Of a stretch of 64,000 nucleotides of DNA, positions 25,422 through 36,101 are shown in pieces. The first letter of the stretch is position 1, and each line of letters opens with the position of its first letter. The DNA is taken from positions 15,196 through 79,195 of the forward strand of contig CACBGP010000002.1 of NCBI GenBank assembly GCA_902538745.1. Reading direction: 5' to 3'. Under the pieces are notes generated by a model. That model had not been told where the DNA came from, did no database searches, and worked only from the letters and a program-made list of their open reading frames with translations. The DNA is from an uncultured Pelagibacteraceae bacterium. GTDB taxonomy: Bacteria; Pseudomonadota; Alphaproteobacteria; Pelagibacterales; Pelagibacteraceae. The position numbers and the translations under genes are program-made.

Positions 25422-26495
25422 ATGAGCAAAAAACCCTTAATTCTTGGAATAGAATCGAGTTGCGATGAAACTGCAGCATCTTTAGTTACTGAAAATGAGC
25501 AAGGAATACCAATTGTTTTATCTAACATTGTTTCCAGTCAAGAAAATGTTCATAAAGAATTTGGAGGAGTTGTTCCTGAATTAGCAGCAAGATCACATAT
25601 CGAAAAAATAGATTGGATTGTCAAAAAGGCTATAGATAAAAGTGGAAAAAAAATTAATGAAATTGACGCTATAGCCTCTACGGCTGGGCCTGGTTTAATT
25701 GTATGTCTATCAGTTGGGTTAAGCTTTGGGAAAACTTTTGCACTTACAACAAACAAACCATTTATTGCTGTTAATCATCTCGAAGGACACGCCTTAAGTC
25801 CAAAATTAAATTCTAAACTGGAATACCCATATTTACTTTTACTGATTTCAGGAGGACACTCTCAATTTTTAAGTGTTCAAGCTCTAAGCAAATATAAACG
25901 ATTAGGCACAACAATTGATGATGCTTTAGGAGAAGCATTTGATAAAACTGCTAAACTTTTAAAAATAGACTTTCCAGGTGGACGTGAAATCGAGGTTTTG
26001 GCTAAAAAAGGAAATCCAGAAAAATACAAATTGCCAAAACCAATTATAAATAAAGGTGGATGTAATTTATCTTTTGCGGGATTAAAAACTGCTGTGCTTA
26101 AAATATCTAAAACAATTGAAAATGACCAAGATAAATTTGATCTTGCAGCTTCTTTCCAAAAAACAATTGAAGAAATTTTGTATAAGAAAACAATTATAGC
26201 CTTTAATGAGTTTGAAAAAATGAATAACCCAAAAGAAAAAAAATTTGTGGTTGCTGGTGGTGTAGCAGCAAATAAAAAAATAAGAGCGATGTTAATGAAA
26301 TTATGTGAAGAAAAAAATTACCAAAGTATTTTTCCCCCAATAGAATTCTGCGGTGATAACGCAGCAATGATTGCCATGGTTGGTTTAGAAAAATTTAAAC
26401 TAAAATTATTTAGTGATTTAGACCATCCCGCAAAACCTAGATGGCCATTAGATGAAGATGCGGTATTTCTTAAAGGAGCTGGCGTTCAATTATAA
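25422..26495 (+). CDS. tsaD: tRNA threonylcarbamoyltransferase TsaD
   Basis: GIESSCDET, GGVVPELAAR.H, NHLEGH, GEAFDK and DNAAMIA. Confidence 0.97.
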   Translation: MSKKPLILGIESSCDETAASLVTENEQGIPIVLSNIVSSQENVHKEFGGVVPELAARSHIEKIDWIVKKAIDKSGKKINEIDAIASTAGPGLIVCLSVGLSFGKTFALTTNKPFIAVNHLEGHALSPKLNSKLEYPYLLLLISGGHSQFLSVQALSKYKRLGTTIDDALGEAFDKTAKLLKIDFPGGREIEVLAKKGNPEKYKLPKPIINKGGCNLSFAGLKTAVLKISKTIENDQDKFDLAASFQKTIEEILYKKTIIAFNEFEKMNNPKEKKFVVAGGVAANKKIRAMLMKLCEEKNYQSIFPPIEFCGDNAAMIAMVGLEKFKLKLFSDLDHPAKPRWPLDEDAVFLKGAGVQL

Positions 26496-26908
26496 TGAGT
26501 TATTGGTTGCTTAAATCTGAACCTGATGTTTGGTCGATTGATCAACAAAAAAAAGCTGGAAAAAAAGGAGCCCCTTGGGATGGTGTTAGAAATTATCAAG
26601 CCTCAAAAAATTTAAAGAATATGAGAACTGGAGATCAATGTTTTTTCTACCATTCAAATATTGGAAAAGAAATTGTTGGCATTGTTGAGGTTATTAAAGA
26701 AGCTTATTTGGATAAAACTGACAAAACTGGTCGTTTTGTAGCCGTAACAGTTAAATTCATAAAAAAACTTAAAACACCAGTTTCATTAGAAACTATTAAA
26801 AAAAACAAGGAATTAAGCCATTTATCATTAATAAGACAAAGTAGACTTTCGGTTATGCCAATAGACTCTAAAAGCTGGAAAATCTTGAATAAGATGAGTA
26901 AAATTTAA
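26495..26908 (+). CDS. EVE domain protein
   Basis: YWLLKSEP, WDGVRNYQA, FFYHS and RLSVMP. Confidence 0.95.
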   Translation: MSYWLLKSEPDVWSIDQQKKAGKKGAPWDGVRNYQASKNLKNMRTGDQCFFYHSNIGKEIVGIVEVIKEAYLDKTDKTGRFVAVTVKFIKKLKTPVSLETIKKNKELSHLSLIRQSRLSVMPIDSKSWKILNKMSKI

Positions 26909-26924
26909 CTATAAAATTTAACTT

Positions 26925-29012
26925 ATGCCTAAAAAAAAAAAATCAAAAAGTAGAAAAAAAATTAAAAAAAGAACTAAAAGAAAAGTTAAAAAAAAAGGTC
27001 TTAAAAACAAGAAAGTAGTTAAAAGAAATACTTTATCTAATAAGAAAAAACAAAATAAAAAAGAAAACTCATCAGTTTCTGAATTAATAATAAAAACTAA
27101 ACCTGAATGGATTAAAAGTAGTCTCACAAATAAAGCCCAATACCTAAAGAAGTATAATGACTCAATTAAAAATAATAACGCCTTCTGGAAAAAAGAAGGA
27201 AAAAGAATTACTTGGATAAAACCCTACAAGAAGATTAAAGATGTTAAATTTAGTAAAGATGATGTTAGAATTAAATGGTTTGAAGATGGAACTTTAAATG
27301 CATCAGCAAACTGTATTGATAGACATTTAAAAGATAAAAAAGATAAAACTGCTATCATTTGGGTTGGTGATGATCCTAAAGACAGTCAAAAAATTTCTTA
27401 CAAACAATTACATCAAAAAGTATCAAAAGCTGCAAATGGATTAAAAAAACTTGGAATTAAAAAAGGAGATCGAGTTACAATTTATTTGACTATGATACCA
27501 GAGTTAGCAGTTTTAATGCTAGCTTGTGCAAGGATTGGTGCAATTCATTCTATTATATTTGGAGGGTTTTCAGCTGAATCTATTTCAGGAAGGGTTAACG
27601 ATTGTGAGTCAGAGTATATAATTACTGCGGACGAAGGTGTCAGGGGAGGAAAAAAAATACCTTTAAAGGCTACCACTGATGAGGCATTAACAAACTGTCC
27701 AAATGTTAAAAAGTGTATTGTTGTTAAAAGAACTGGAAATTACGTATTTTGGGATGATGATAGAGACGTTTGGTATCACGATTTAATCAAGGATGTTCCA
27801 GCTCACTGCGAACCTGAGGAGATGAATGCTGAAGATCCACTGTTTATACTTTATACTTCAGGCTCAACTGGTAAACCGAAAGGTGTTTTACATACGACTG
27901 GTGGGTATATGGTCTATGCATCAATGACTCACCAATATATATTCAACTACAAACCTAAAGATATTTATTGGTGTACCGCAGACATTGGATGGGTAACTGG
28001 ACATAGTTATATTATATATGGGCCGCTTTCTAATGGTGCTACAACTATAATGTTTGAAGGTATACCTAATTATCCTGATAGCTCTAGATGGTGGCAAATA
28101 GTAGACAAATATAAAGTTAATACATTTTATACAGCACCAACTGCTATTAGAGCTTTAATGAGAGAGGGCAGCGATCCAGTTAATAAAACATCCAGAAAAT
28201 CCTTAAAATTATTAGGGACTGTTGGGGAACCAATTAACCCAGAAGCATGGATGTGGTACTACAAAACTGTCGGAAACTCAAAATGTCCAATTGTTGACAC
28301 TTGGTGGCAAACAGAAACGGGAGGAATACTTATCGCCCCTCAAACAGGAGCTATTCCACTTAAACCTGGTTCTGCCACTAAACCTTTTTACGGAATAAAA
28401 CCATGCTTAGTGGACAAAGATGGAAAAGAGATAAAAGGAGCAGGTGAAGGTAGACTTTGTATATCCCAATCTTGGCCAGGACAAATGAGAACAGTTTATG
28501 GTGACCATCAAAGATTTATTGACACTTACTTTTCTCAATTTGATGGAAAATATTTCACAGGCGATGGATGTCGAAGAGATAAAGATGGTTATTATTGGAT
28601 AACCGGAAGAGTAGATGATGTCATCATAGTATCAGGCCATAATCTTGGAACAGCAGAAATTGAAAGTGCTTTTGTTGCACATCCAAAAGTTGCTGAAGCA
28701 GCTGTCGTTGGTTATCCTCATGATATAAAAGGTAACGGACTTTACTGTTATGTTACACTTAATGCTGGAGAGACTGAAACTGGTGATCTTGAAAGGGAGT
28801 TAAAACTATGGGTAAGAAAACAAATTGGCCCATTAGCAACACCTGATCTTATACAATTTACTCCAGGGTTACCTAAAACTAGATCGGGTAAAATCATGAG
28901 AAGAATTTTGAGAAAAATTGCAGCGAATGAGCACGGTCAATTAGGTGACACTACCACTTTAGCAGATCCAAATGTTGTTAATAGTTTGGTTGAGAATAGA
29001 AAAAATAATTAA
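26925..29012 (+). CDS. acs: Acetyl-CoA synthetase with basic N-terminal extension
   Basis: [27 protein letters not shown] and [11 protein letters not shown]. Confidence 0.97.
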   Translation: MPKKKKSKSRKKIKKRTKRKVKKKGLKNKKVVKRNTLSNKKKQNKKENSSVSELIIKTKPEWIKSSLTNKAQYLKKYNDSIKNNNAFWKKEGKRITWIKPYKKIKDVKFSKDDVRIKWFEDGTLNASANCIDRHLKDKKDKTAIIWVGDDPKDSQKISYKQLHQKVSKAANGLKKLGIKKGDRVTIYLTMIPELAVLMLACARIGAIHSIIFGGFSAESISGRVNDCESEYIITADEGVRGGKKIPLKATTDEALTNCPNVKKCIVVKRTGNYVFWDDDRDVWYHDLIKDVPAHCEPEEMNAEDPLFILYTSGSTGKPKGVLHTTGGYMVYASMTHQYIFNYKPKDIYWCTADIGWVTGHSYIIYGPLSNGATTIMFEGIPNYPDSSRWWQIVDKYKVNTFYTAPTAIRALMREGSDPVNKTSRKSLKLLGTVGEPINPEAWMWYYKTVGNSKCPIVDTWWQTETGGILIAPQTGAIPLKPGSATKPFYGIKPCLVDKDGKEIKGAGEGRLCISQSWPGQMRTVYGDHQRFIDTYFSQFDGKYFTGDGCRRDKDGYYWITGRVDDVIIVSGHNLGTAEIESAFVAHPKVAEAAVVGYPHDIKGNGLYCYVTLNAGETETGDLERELKLWVRKQIGPLATPDLIQFTPGLPKTRSGKIMRRILRKIAANEHGQLGDTTTLADPNVVNSLVENRKNN

Positions 29013-29632
29013 AAATTTATTCTTTCTTGAAATTCTTTTTTAACGGTATCCCATTTTAAGATAACTGAATTTAAAACAATTTTTCTATCTAAAGTTTTTA
29101 ATTCTTCCGCGATAGGTGCCCATTTATATAAAGATAAGGCGCTTGGGTTAAATGGAAGATCATTATAATAATCATCCCAATTTATATTATACAATCTTTC
29201 ACTAAAATTATTTTTTGCATCTTCTATAATATTAAGTGGCATCTTGTTGGAAATTTCATCATCTAAGATTTTTAAAAAAATCTCTTTCGATTTTTCAAGA
29301 TCATTAAAATTGAAATTATTCTTAAGGTAAGAAAACGTATATAATGTAAGATCTTGCAGAGCTACTGAATAGATGTTCCATTTTGCCAAGTTAACAGATG
29401 ACATAAATTCATCATTTTCAAAATGAAGAACGTAGCGTGTTCCCATTCTAGTTTTCAAATATCCATAAAGTGTAACTTGGGTTACCCAAGCTGACTTCGA
29501 TTGAATAAATTCCTCCAAATCATCAAGACTCTTAATCTTTTTTTTTGGAATGAAAGCTTTAAAAAGAGCAAATAAGTAAACTTTAAAATCTCTCCATGTG
29601 AGATCTCTCCAAGTAAGCTTATATTTACCCAT
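29009..29632 (-). CDS. Hypothetical protein
   Basis: 207-aa ORF with a conserved-looking block [16 protein letters not shown]; no function recognised. Confidence 0.75.
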   Translation of the reverse strand: MGKYKLTWRDLTWRDFKVYLFALFKAFIPKKKIKSLDDLEEFIQSKSAWVTQVTLYGYLKTRMGTRYVLHFENDEFMSSVNLAKWNIYSVALQDLTLYTFSYLKNNFNFNDLEKSKEIFLKILDDEISNKMPLNIIEDAKNNFSERLYNINWDDYYNDLPFNPSALSLYKWAPIAEELKTLDRKIVLNSVILKWDTVKKEFQERINF

Positions 29633-29757
29633 AAAATTAGATATTTTTATTATATATATCCCAAAAATAGTGGGATTTTGAACAATTTTAACACTTTAAA
29701 TCTCTTTGATAATGGTTATGGTTTTGAGCAGTTATAACTAATAAGAGAGAGGTATAA

Positions 29758-30018
29758 ATGTCAAAACAAGAACAACACTGGGAAAAATCCAAGGGTTTGC
29801 TAATGATGACGTTAGCAATTTGGTTTGTATTCTCAATTGGCATCTTCCTTTTCGGAGCAGAAATGAACGAAGTCACGGGACCATTCGGTTACCCATTGAC
29901 TTATTGGTTCACATGTCAGGGATCTCTTGGAATATTCGTAATACTAATTTTTTGGTTTGCAAATAGACAAGAAAAAATTGACGAAGAGTTCGGCTTCAGT
30001 GAAAAAGGAGATGACTAA
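29758..30018 (+). CDS. DUF4212 small membrane partner of a solute:sodium symporter
   Basis: Two TM helices, GYPLTYWFTCQGS, SD-like GAGAGG upstream; stop overlaps the symporter start. Confidence 0.88.
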   Translation: MSKQEQHWEKSKGLLMMTLAIWFVFSIGIFLFGAEMNEVTGPFGYPLTYWFTCQGSLGIFVILIFWFANRQEKIDEEFGFSEKGDD

Positions 30019-31832
30019 TGATTAAAGGTAATTTTATAGACAATCTACCTAAAGTTTATGGAATATATACAGGAGGTTTCCTGGCTTTCATAATCATTAT
30101 GTCGATTGCCGAGCAGATGGGCGTAACTGCGAAAACAATTGGAATTTGTTTCGTTGCTTTTACAGTGGCCATCTACGCTATAATTGGTTATCTATCACGT
30201 ACAGCTCAGGCTGATGCGTATTACGTAGCTGGAAGACAAGTACCAACCGTGTTCAATGGAATGGCAACTGCAGCAGACTGGATGTCTGGTGCATCATTCG
30301 TTGCAATGGCAGGTGGTATTTACTTTAAAGGTTACGGTTATATGGCACTGCTTGTAGGTTGGACTGGTGGATATGTATTAGTCGCATCACTATTAGCACC
30401 TTACCTAAGAAAATTTGGCTGTTACACAGTTCCAGATTTTATTGGTACAAGATACGGTGGTAATTTAAGTAGATTTATGGCAGTGGTAGTTTTAACTGTT
30501 GCTTCATTTACTTATGTGACTGCACAAATTAACGCCACAGGTACAATTGCATCTGTTGCACTTGATATTCCATTCCAATACGCTGTATACGTTGGACTTA
30601 TAAGTATCTTACTTTGTTCAATGCTTGGTGGTATGAGAGGAGTAACTTGGACACAGGTAGCTCAATATATCGTACTAATCATAGCTTACTTATTACCAGT
30701 ATTCTGGATCAGTAACAAAATGGGTGCGGGTTTCTTCCCTCACTTCATGTTAGCTGATGAAGTTTCTAGAATAGCTGAATTAGAGGCTCAGTTTGGTTTT
30801 GTGAAAAACACTGCTGAAAATCTAAAAGAAGTTCCAAAAGGTTTGGCTGGAATAACTAAAGCTCACTCAGCGGTGAACGCAACACCTTGGGCATTTATTT
30901 CATTAGCGTTAGCGATGATGATGGGAACAGCTTCATTGCCTCACGTTATGATGAGATATTTTACTACTCCAAGTGTAAAAGCAGCTAGAAAATCAGTAGG
31001 TTGGTCATTATTCTTTATCTTCTTACTTTATTCTTCTGCTCCAATGTTAGCGACACTATCTAAGTTGTCATTGATTGATCCGTCACTACCAACAGGTATT
31101 ATCGGTAAATCAATTTCAGAAGTTCAAGCGATAGATTGGTATCAAAACTGGAACCAAGCAAACTTAATGTTTGTAAGCGACTTTAACGGAAATGGAACTC
31201 TTGAGTTAAATGAGTTTTTCATGGGTGGTAAAGCCGTTGTGTTAGCAACTCCAGAAATAGCTGGATTACCATATGTGATCTCAGGTCTGGTTGCTGCTGG
31301 AGGTATGGCTGCTGCCATGTCAACAGCTGATGGTTTGATTTTAGCAATTGCAAACGCAATCTCACACGATGTTTACTATAAGATCATCGATCCAAAAGCT
31401 GAGACTGCGAAGAGACTAGTTGTTGCAAGGGTATTACTTGTAGTAATTGGTTTTGCAGGAGCAACAATCGCAGCTCTTGAGATCCAAGGTATTTTAGGTT
31501 CAGTAATCTGGGCTTTTGACTTTGCGATGTCAGGACTATTCTTCCCACTAGTACTTGGTGTATGGTGGAAGAGAGCTAACAAAGAAGGTGCTATAGCTGG
31601 TATGGCTTTAGGATTAATTTCCGGTGCTGCTTACCTAGTATGGGTAAGAACAGGTGGAAGTGGATTCTTAGGTATTACTCAGTTAACATTTGGTATCTTT
31701 GGTTCGGCTGTCAGCTTAGTAGCTATGGTTGTGGTCAGCTTGATGACGCAAGCACCTAACGCTGCGACGCAGAAAATGGTTGATGAGGTTCGTGTACCAG
31801 CTGGTAAATCGATCCTTGGCAAACAACACTAA
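30018..31832 (+). CDS. Sodium:solute symporter, ActP-like (VC_2705 subfamily), probably acetate/monocarboxylate uptake
   Basis: YYVAGR, NGMATAADWMSGASF, GGMRGVTWTQVAQY, GTASLPH and AAAMSTADG; close to acs. Confidence 0.92.
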   Translation: MIKGNFIDNLPKVYGIYTGGFLAFIIIMSIAEQMGVTAKTIGICFVAFTVAIYAIIGYLSRTAQADAYYVAGRQVPTVFNGMATAADWMSGASFVAMAGGIYFKGYGYMALLVGWTGGYVLVASLLAPYLRKFGCYTVPDFIGTRYGGNLSRFMAVVVLTVASFTYVTAQINATGTIASVALDIPFQYAVYVGLISILLCSMLGGMRGVTWTQVAQYIVLIIAYLLPVFWISNKMGAGFFPHFMLADEVSRIAELEAQFGFVKNTAENLKEVPKGLAGITKAHSAVNATPWAFISLALAMMMGTASLPHVMMRYFTTPSVKAARKSVGWSLFFIFLLYSSAPMLATLSKLSLIDPSLPTGIIGKSISEVQAIDWYQNWNQANLMFVSDFNGNGTLELNEFFMGGKAVVLATPEIAGLPYVISGLVAAGGMAAAMSTADGLILAIANAISHDVYYKIIDPKAETAKRLVVARVLLVVIGFAGATIAALEIQGILGSVIWAFDFAMSGLFFPLVLGVWWKRANKEGAIAGMALGLISGAAYLVWVRTGGSGFLGITQLTFGIFGSAVSLVAMVVVSLMTQAPNAATQKMVDEVRVPAGKSILGKQH

Positions 31833-31844
31833 ATAATCTTTATT

Positions 31845-31870
31845 AAGGGGCGATTAATTTCGCCCCTTTT
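31845..31870 (+). terminator. Rho-independent terminator
   Basis: AAGGGGCGA-ttaatt-TCGCCCCTT followed by TT, 12 nt after the symporter stop. Confidence 0.85.
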
Positions 31871-31902
31871 AATTTCAACCTTTTTCCAATATAAATTTCT
31901 CA

Positions 31903-32247
31903 ATGTCAGCCAACTTTCATCCTTTGGTATATATAATTGACTATATTTTAGGGGTAATCATGTGGACTTTAATTGGAAGAGTTGCAATGAATATTTTTCA
32001 AAAAGAAGACTCTCAATTTTTTTTTATGAGAGTTTTTGTTAAATTTACCAATCCTCTTATTAACTTATTTAAACCTCTCACTCCATCTTTTATAATACAA
32101 CCAATCGTACCCCTTTATGTTGCCTGGTTTTTTTTCATGATAAGGTTTTACTTCATGCCTTGGGTTTTGGGATACTCAGTGATGGGTATGCTATCATTTC
32201 CATTAGAAAGTGAGATTTCAAGACAAATTTATCAATTTTTTAATTAA
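31903..32247 (+). CDS. Hypothetical membrane protein, YggT-like
   Basis: Hydrophobic; FVKFTNPLI...LTP resembles the YggT core. Confidence 0.65.
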   Translation: MSANFHPLVYIIDYILGVIMWTLIGRVAMNIFQKEDSQFFFMRVFVKFTNPLINLFKPLTPSFIIQPIVPLYVAWFFFMIRFYFMPWVLGYSVMGMLSFPLESEISRQIYQFFN

Positions 32248-32287
32248 ATTAGATTTTAAAATTTGGTACTAGTTGATTTAATAATCT

Positions 32288-32947
32288 ATGAAAAAAATAC
32301 AAATTTCACCTTCAATTTTATCTGCAGATTTCAGTCAATTAGGAAAAGAAATCAGAAAACTGGAAGATGCAGGTGCTGATATGATACATGTTGATGTAAT
32401 GGATGGTCACTTTGTGCCTAATTTAACTATCGGGCCACCTGTTATCAAGGTACTAAAAAAAGATTCTTCACTACCCTTTGATGTTCATTTAATGATCTCT
32501 CCAGTCCATAAATATATAGAGAGTTACGCAAATGCAGGTGCTGATATTATAACTATTCATCCAGAAGCGACTGATGATCTTTTAGGGTCTATAAATAAAA
32601 TTAAAGAATTAAAGAAAAAGGTAGGTATATCATTAAATCCTGAGACCAAAATTGAAATAGTAAAGGAATTTTTAGATCAAATAGATTTAATTTTAGTAAT
32701 GAGTGTAAATCCAGGTTTTGGAGGACAAAAATTTATGCCAGAAGTTTTGGATAAGGTCAAAAAATTAGATGAAATTCGAAAAAGTTTGAAATTAAATTAT
32801 GTTATTGAAATTGATGGTGGAATTAATTTCGAAAATTCTAAATTAGCGATTAATTCAGGTGTAGATATTTTAGTTTCAGGAACTACCATCTTTAAAAATA
32901 ATAATGGAGATATCAAAAGAAATATCGATTTATTAAGATCGATTTGA
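32288..32947 (+). CDS. rpe: Ribulose-phosphate 3-epimerase
   Basis: SPSILSADF, HVDVMDGHFVPN, MSVNPGFGGQ and DGG. Confidence 0.97.
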   Translation: MKKIQISPSILSADFSQLGKEIRKLEDAGADMIHVDVMDGHFVPNLTIGPPVIKVLKKDSSLPFDVHLMISPVHKYIESYANAGADIITIHPEATDDLLGSINKIKELKKKVGISLNPETKIEIVKEFLDQIDLILVMSVNPGFGGQKFMPEVLDKVKKLDEIRKSLKLNYVIEIDGGINFENSKLAINSGVDILVSGTTIFKNNNGDIKRNIDLLRSI

Positions 32948-32976
32948 TTATTAATCTAAAGTAATTTGTTTGGGAT

Positions 32977-34560
32977 ATGTTTGATATTATAAAGCAGATT
33001 TATCTTACTTCTATATTTTATGACAAAAAAATATCAACCAACTCAATAAATGAATTACAATATAAGCCTAGCCCATATTTGCTATCATCTATTGTAAAGA
33101 TCAGAACAAAGAAATTTAATATCGATAATTTTTTATATGATAACTTCTGGATAAACAAAAATCTAAGTCGAGAACAACTTCAAAAACTCAACAATTTCTA
33201 TTGGCTATTCAGTCTTGATTTAAAATCATCAAATAAATCTGTACAAACAGTAATTAAAAATTGGATAATAAAAAATTTTAAATACAATTCAAAAAATTGG
33301 AATTTTGAGATAACATCAAAGAGAATCATATCTTGGTTGTCTAATACTTCTCTAACATACGACAGTGGTGAAGATCAATTTCAAAAAGACTTTAATTTGA
33401 TAATTTACAAACAGACATTTCATTTAATAAATCAAATTGAAAAAGAAAAAAAAATTAATAATAAAGTAAGAGGTGCCGCAGCAATTATTCTTGTGGGTCT
33501 TTCTTATAAAAATGAAAAAAAATTTACAATAAAGGGTTTAGAATATCTAAAAAAAATTATCAGATATACATTTGATAATAATGGTTTTCCTAAATCAAGA
33601 AACATTAAATTATCCATTTTTTTTCTAAAACATCTGATACTTATCAGAGAATGGTTTAAAGAATCTCAATCCGAAATACCTAATTTTATTGATGAAAGTA
33701 TTTTTAATCTTGGACAATCTTATGCTTTTTTTTGGAAAAATTTAAAATTTGACCCTTTGTTTAATGGAAACAACAATTCTAACAATCAAGAATTTGATAC
33801 TTATTTAAAAAGACTTGGATATTCATTTAAAAATAATGATCATGAATTTTCAGACTATGTAAGCTTGAGGGATAAAAGAATAAATTTAATTATGGATGTT
33901 GGCCCTTCACCTAATAAAAAATTTTCAGAAGAATATCAAGCGGGCGCTCTTTCGTTTGAATTTGTATCAAATGGAAAAAAAATTTTTACAAATTCTGGCT
34001 ACTATAGTAAGGAAAATATCAAATTCAATAAAGCTTCAAAAACTTCAGCTGCTCATAATGTTTTAATTATTGATGATAATTCATCCTGTAAGTTTATCAA
34101 AAATTCAAACTCTGAATTTGAGATTAAAGATGGATTAAATATTAATAAAAAAAGTATTAAAGTTGAAGGAGATGAATGGAAAATAATAGCTTCACATGAC
34201 GGTTATCTCAAAAAATACGACTTGATCTATGAACGTGAAATAAAATTTTTTCCCAAAATAAGTAAACTATCCGGAATTGAAACTCTTGAGTCAAAAAAGA
34301 TTATTCCAAATATTAAATTTGACATTAGATTTCATTTAAATCCTCTTGCAAAAATTATGAAAACTCAAGACCAGAAATCAATTTTAGTTGAAATAGATGC
34401 TGAAGGTTGGAAATTTACTTGTGATCATTATAATATTGATATTGATAATGGTTTATATTTCGGTAATAAAAATACTTTCATTGAAAATCAGAACATATTT
34501 ATCTCTGGAATTACTAAAGAAAAAAAGATTAATATTAAATGGGAATTAAATAAGATATAA
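32977..34560 (+). CDS. Heparinase II/III family protein (divergent)
   Basis: AGALSFEF, NSG, AAHN and ASHDGY motifs, IRFHL.P; typical alphaproteobacterial position next to purH. Confidence 0.75.
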   Translation: MFDIIKQIYLTSIFYDKKISTNSINELQYKPSPYLLSSIVKIRTKKFNIDNFLYDNFWINKNLSREQLQKLNNFYWLFSLDLKSSNKSVQTVIKNWIIKNFKYNSKNWNFEITSKRIISWLSNTSLTYDSGEDQFQKDFNLIIYKQTFHLINQIEKEKKINNKVRGAAAIILVGLSYKNEKKFTIKGLEYLKKIIRYTFDNNGFPKSRNIKLSIFFLKHLILIREWFKESQSEIPNFIDESIFNLGQSYAFFWKNLKFDPLFNGNNNSNNQEFDTYLKRLGYSFKNNDHEFSDYVSLRDKRINLIMDVGPSPNKKFSEEYQAGALSFEFVSNGKKIFTNSGYYSKENIKFNKASKTSAAHNVLIIDDNSSCKFIKNSNSEFEIKDGLNINKKSIKVEGDEWKIIASHDGYLKKYDLIYEREIKFFPKISKLSGIETLESKKIIPNIKFDIRFHLNPLAKIMKTQDQKSILVEIDAEGWKFTCDHYNIDIDNGLYFGNKNTFIENQNIFISGITKEKKINIKWELNKI

Positions 34561-36101
34561 TGAAAAAAATAAAAAGAGCTTTAATTTCTGTATCAAACAA
34601 AGAAAACTTAAAACCGATACTAAATATTCTTTCAAAATTTAAAATTGAAATCATTAGCTCCGGAGGCACTTATAAAAAAATATACGAGCTTGGTTTCAAA
34701 TGTATTGAACTTTCAAAATTTATAAACACTCCTGAAATTTTAAATGGCAGGGTAAAAACACTTCATCCAAAAATTTATGGGGGCATCTTAAATAAAAGAC
34801 AAAATAAAGAACATAAAAGAGAAATAAGAAAAAATAATTATAAAAATATAGATCTTATAATTGCGAATTTTTACCCATTCGAAGATATTTTATCAAAGAA
34901 AAAAAATCACAATACAATTATTGAGAATATAGACATTGGGGGACCAACCATGGTAAGAGCTGCAGCAAAAAATTATAATGATGTTGCGGTTATTTGTAAT
35001 CCAAATCAATACGAAAAGTTTATTAATGAAATAAAAAATAGAAAGGGATCGACTAGTTTAAATTTTAGGGAAAAATTAGCTGAGGAAGCATTCATGGAAA
35101 CTGCATATTATGAGTCAAAAATATTTAAATATTTTAATGAAAGATCTGACAACATTTTTCCTCAAAAAAAAATAATATCTAGCAAATTAATTAAACGGGC
35201 TAGATATGGTGAAAATCCACATCAAAGAGCAGCAATATATTCTGTGAGTAATCATCAAGATATAATCCAAATTAGCGGTAAAGAATTAAGTTATAACAAC
35301 TACAATGATCTTTACTCTGCACTTGATGTCACTAAATTATTACCAGACAATAAGGGAGTAGTTATAATTAAACATGCCAATCCATGTGGTGTCTCTATTA
35401 ATCAAAGTAAAATTGAATCTTTTAAAGAGGCATTAGAGAGCGACCCAATTAGTGCATATGGAGGAATAGTTTCGTGTAATTTTAAAATGAATTTAAATTT
35501 AGCAAAAGAAATCAATAAAATCTATTTTGAGATCGTAATGGCAAAAGGTTTTGATAAAAAATCAATAAATCTTTTGAAAAAAAAAAAAAATTTGAGAATA
35601 ATCGATACTTATAAATTTAAGAGTGAAAACAAATTTAATCTTATTAGTAAATATAACTCCATTTTAATACAAAATATAGATAATAAAGATCTATCAAAAA
35701 AAGATTTTAGAGTTGTATCTAAACGTAAACCAAACAGTGAAACTTTTAAAAAACTTATTTTTGCATTTAATGTTTGCAGAAAGGTAAAGTCAAACGCAAT
35801 AGTAATTACTGATAATTACAAAACAGTTGGAATAGGGTCGGGGCAACCAAGTCGGCTGGATAGTTGTCAAATTGCGATTAATAAAATGAAACAATTTCAA
35901 AATAGTAAAAAAACGATAGAACTTTGTGCTGCATCAGATGCTTTTTTTCCGTTTGTTGATGGTATAGAAAAATTGATACAATCAGGAGTTACCGCAGTAA
36001 TTCAGCCATCAGGGTCAAAAAATGACAAGGAAATAATTAAATTCGCTAATCTGACAAATACTATTTTGGTATTTTCTAAAACAAGACATTTTAATCACTA
36101 A
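34560..36101 (+). CDS. purH: Bifunctional AICAR transformylase/IMP cyclohydrolase
   Basis: RALISVS, GRVKTLHP, IDIGGP, RYGENPHQ, KHANPCG and ASDAFFPF. Confidence 0.97.
   Translation: MKKIKRALISVSNKENLKPILNILSKFKIEIISSGGTYKKIYELGFKCIELSKFINTPEILNGRVKTLHPKIYGGILNKRQNKEHKREIRKNNYKNIDLIIANFYPFEDILSKKKNHNTIIENIDIGGPTMVRAAAKNYNDVAVICNPNQYEKFINEIKNRKGSTSLNFREKLAEEAFMETAYYESKIFKYFNERSDNIFPQKKIISSKLIKRARYGENPHQRAAIYSVSNHQDIIQISGKELSYNNYNDLYSALDVTKLLPDNKGVVIIKHANPCGVSINQSKIESFKEALESDPISAYGGIVSCNFKMNLNLAKEINKIYFEIVMAKGFDKKSINLLKKKKNLRIIDTYKFKSENKFNLISKYNSILIQNIDNKDLSKKDFRVVSKRKPNSETFKKLIFAFNVCRKVKSNAIVITDNYKTVGIGSGQPSRLDSCQIAINKMKQFQNSKKTIELCAASDAFFPFVDGIEKLIQSGVTAVIQPSGSKNDKEIIKFANLTNTILVFSKTRHFNH

Noticed and set aside
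35577-35590. 14-A homopolymer in purH and similar A/T runs elsewhere as possible phase-variation sites
   Set aside because: The frames are intact, the genes are housekeeping, and such runs are expected from poly-Lys codons in a very AT-rich genome.
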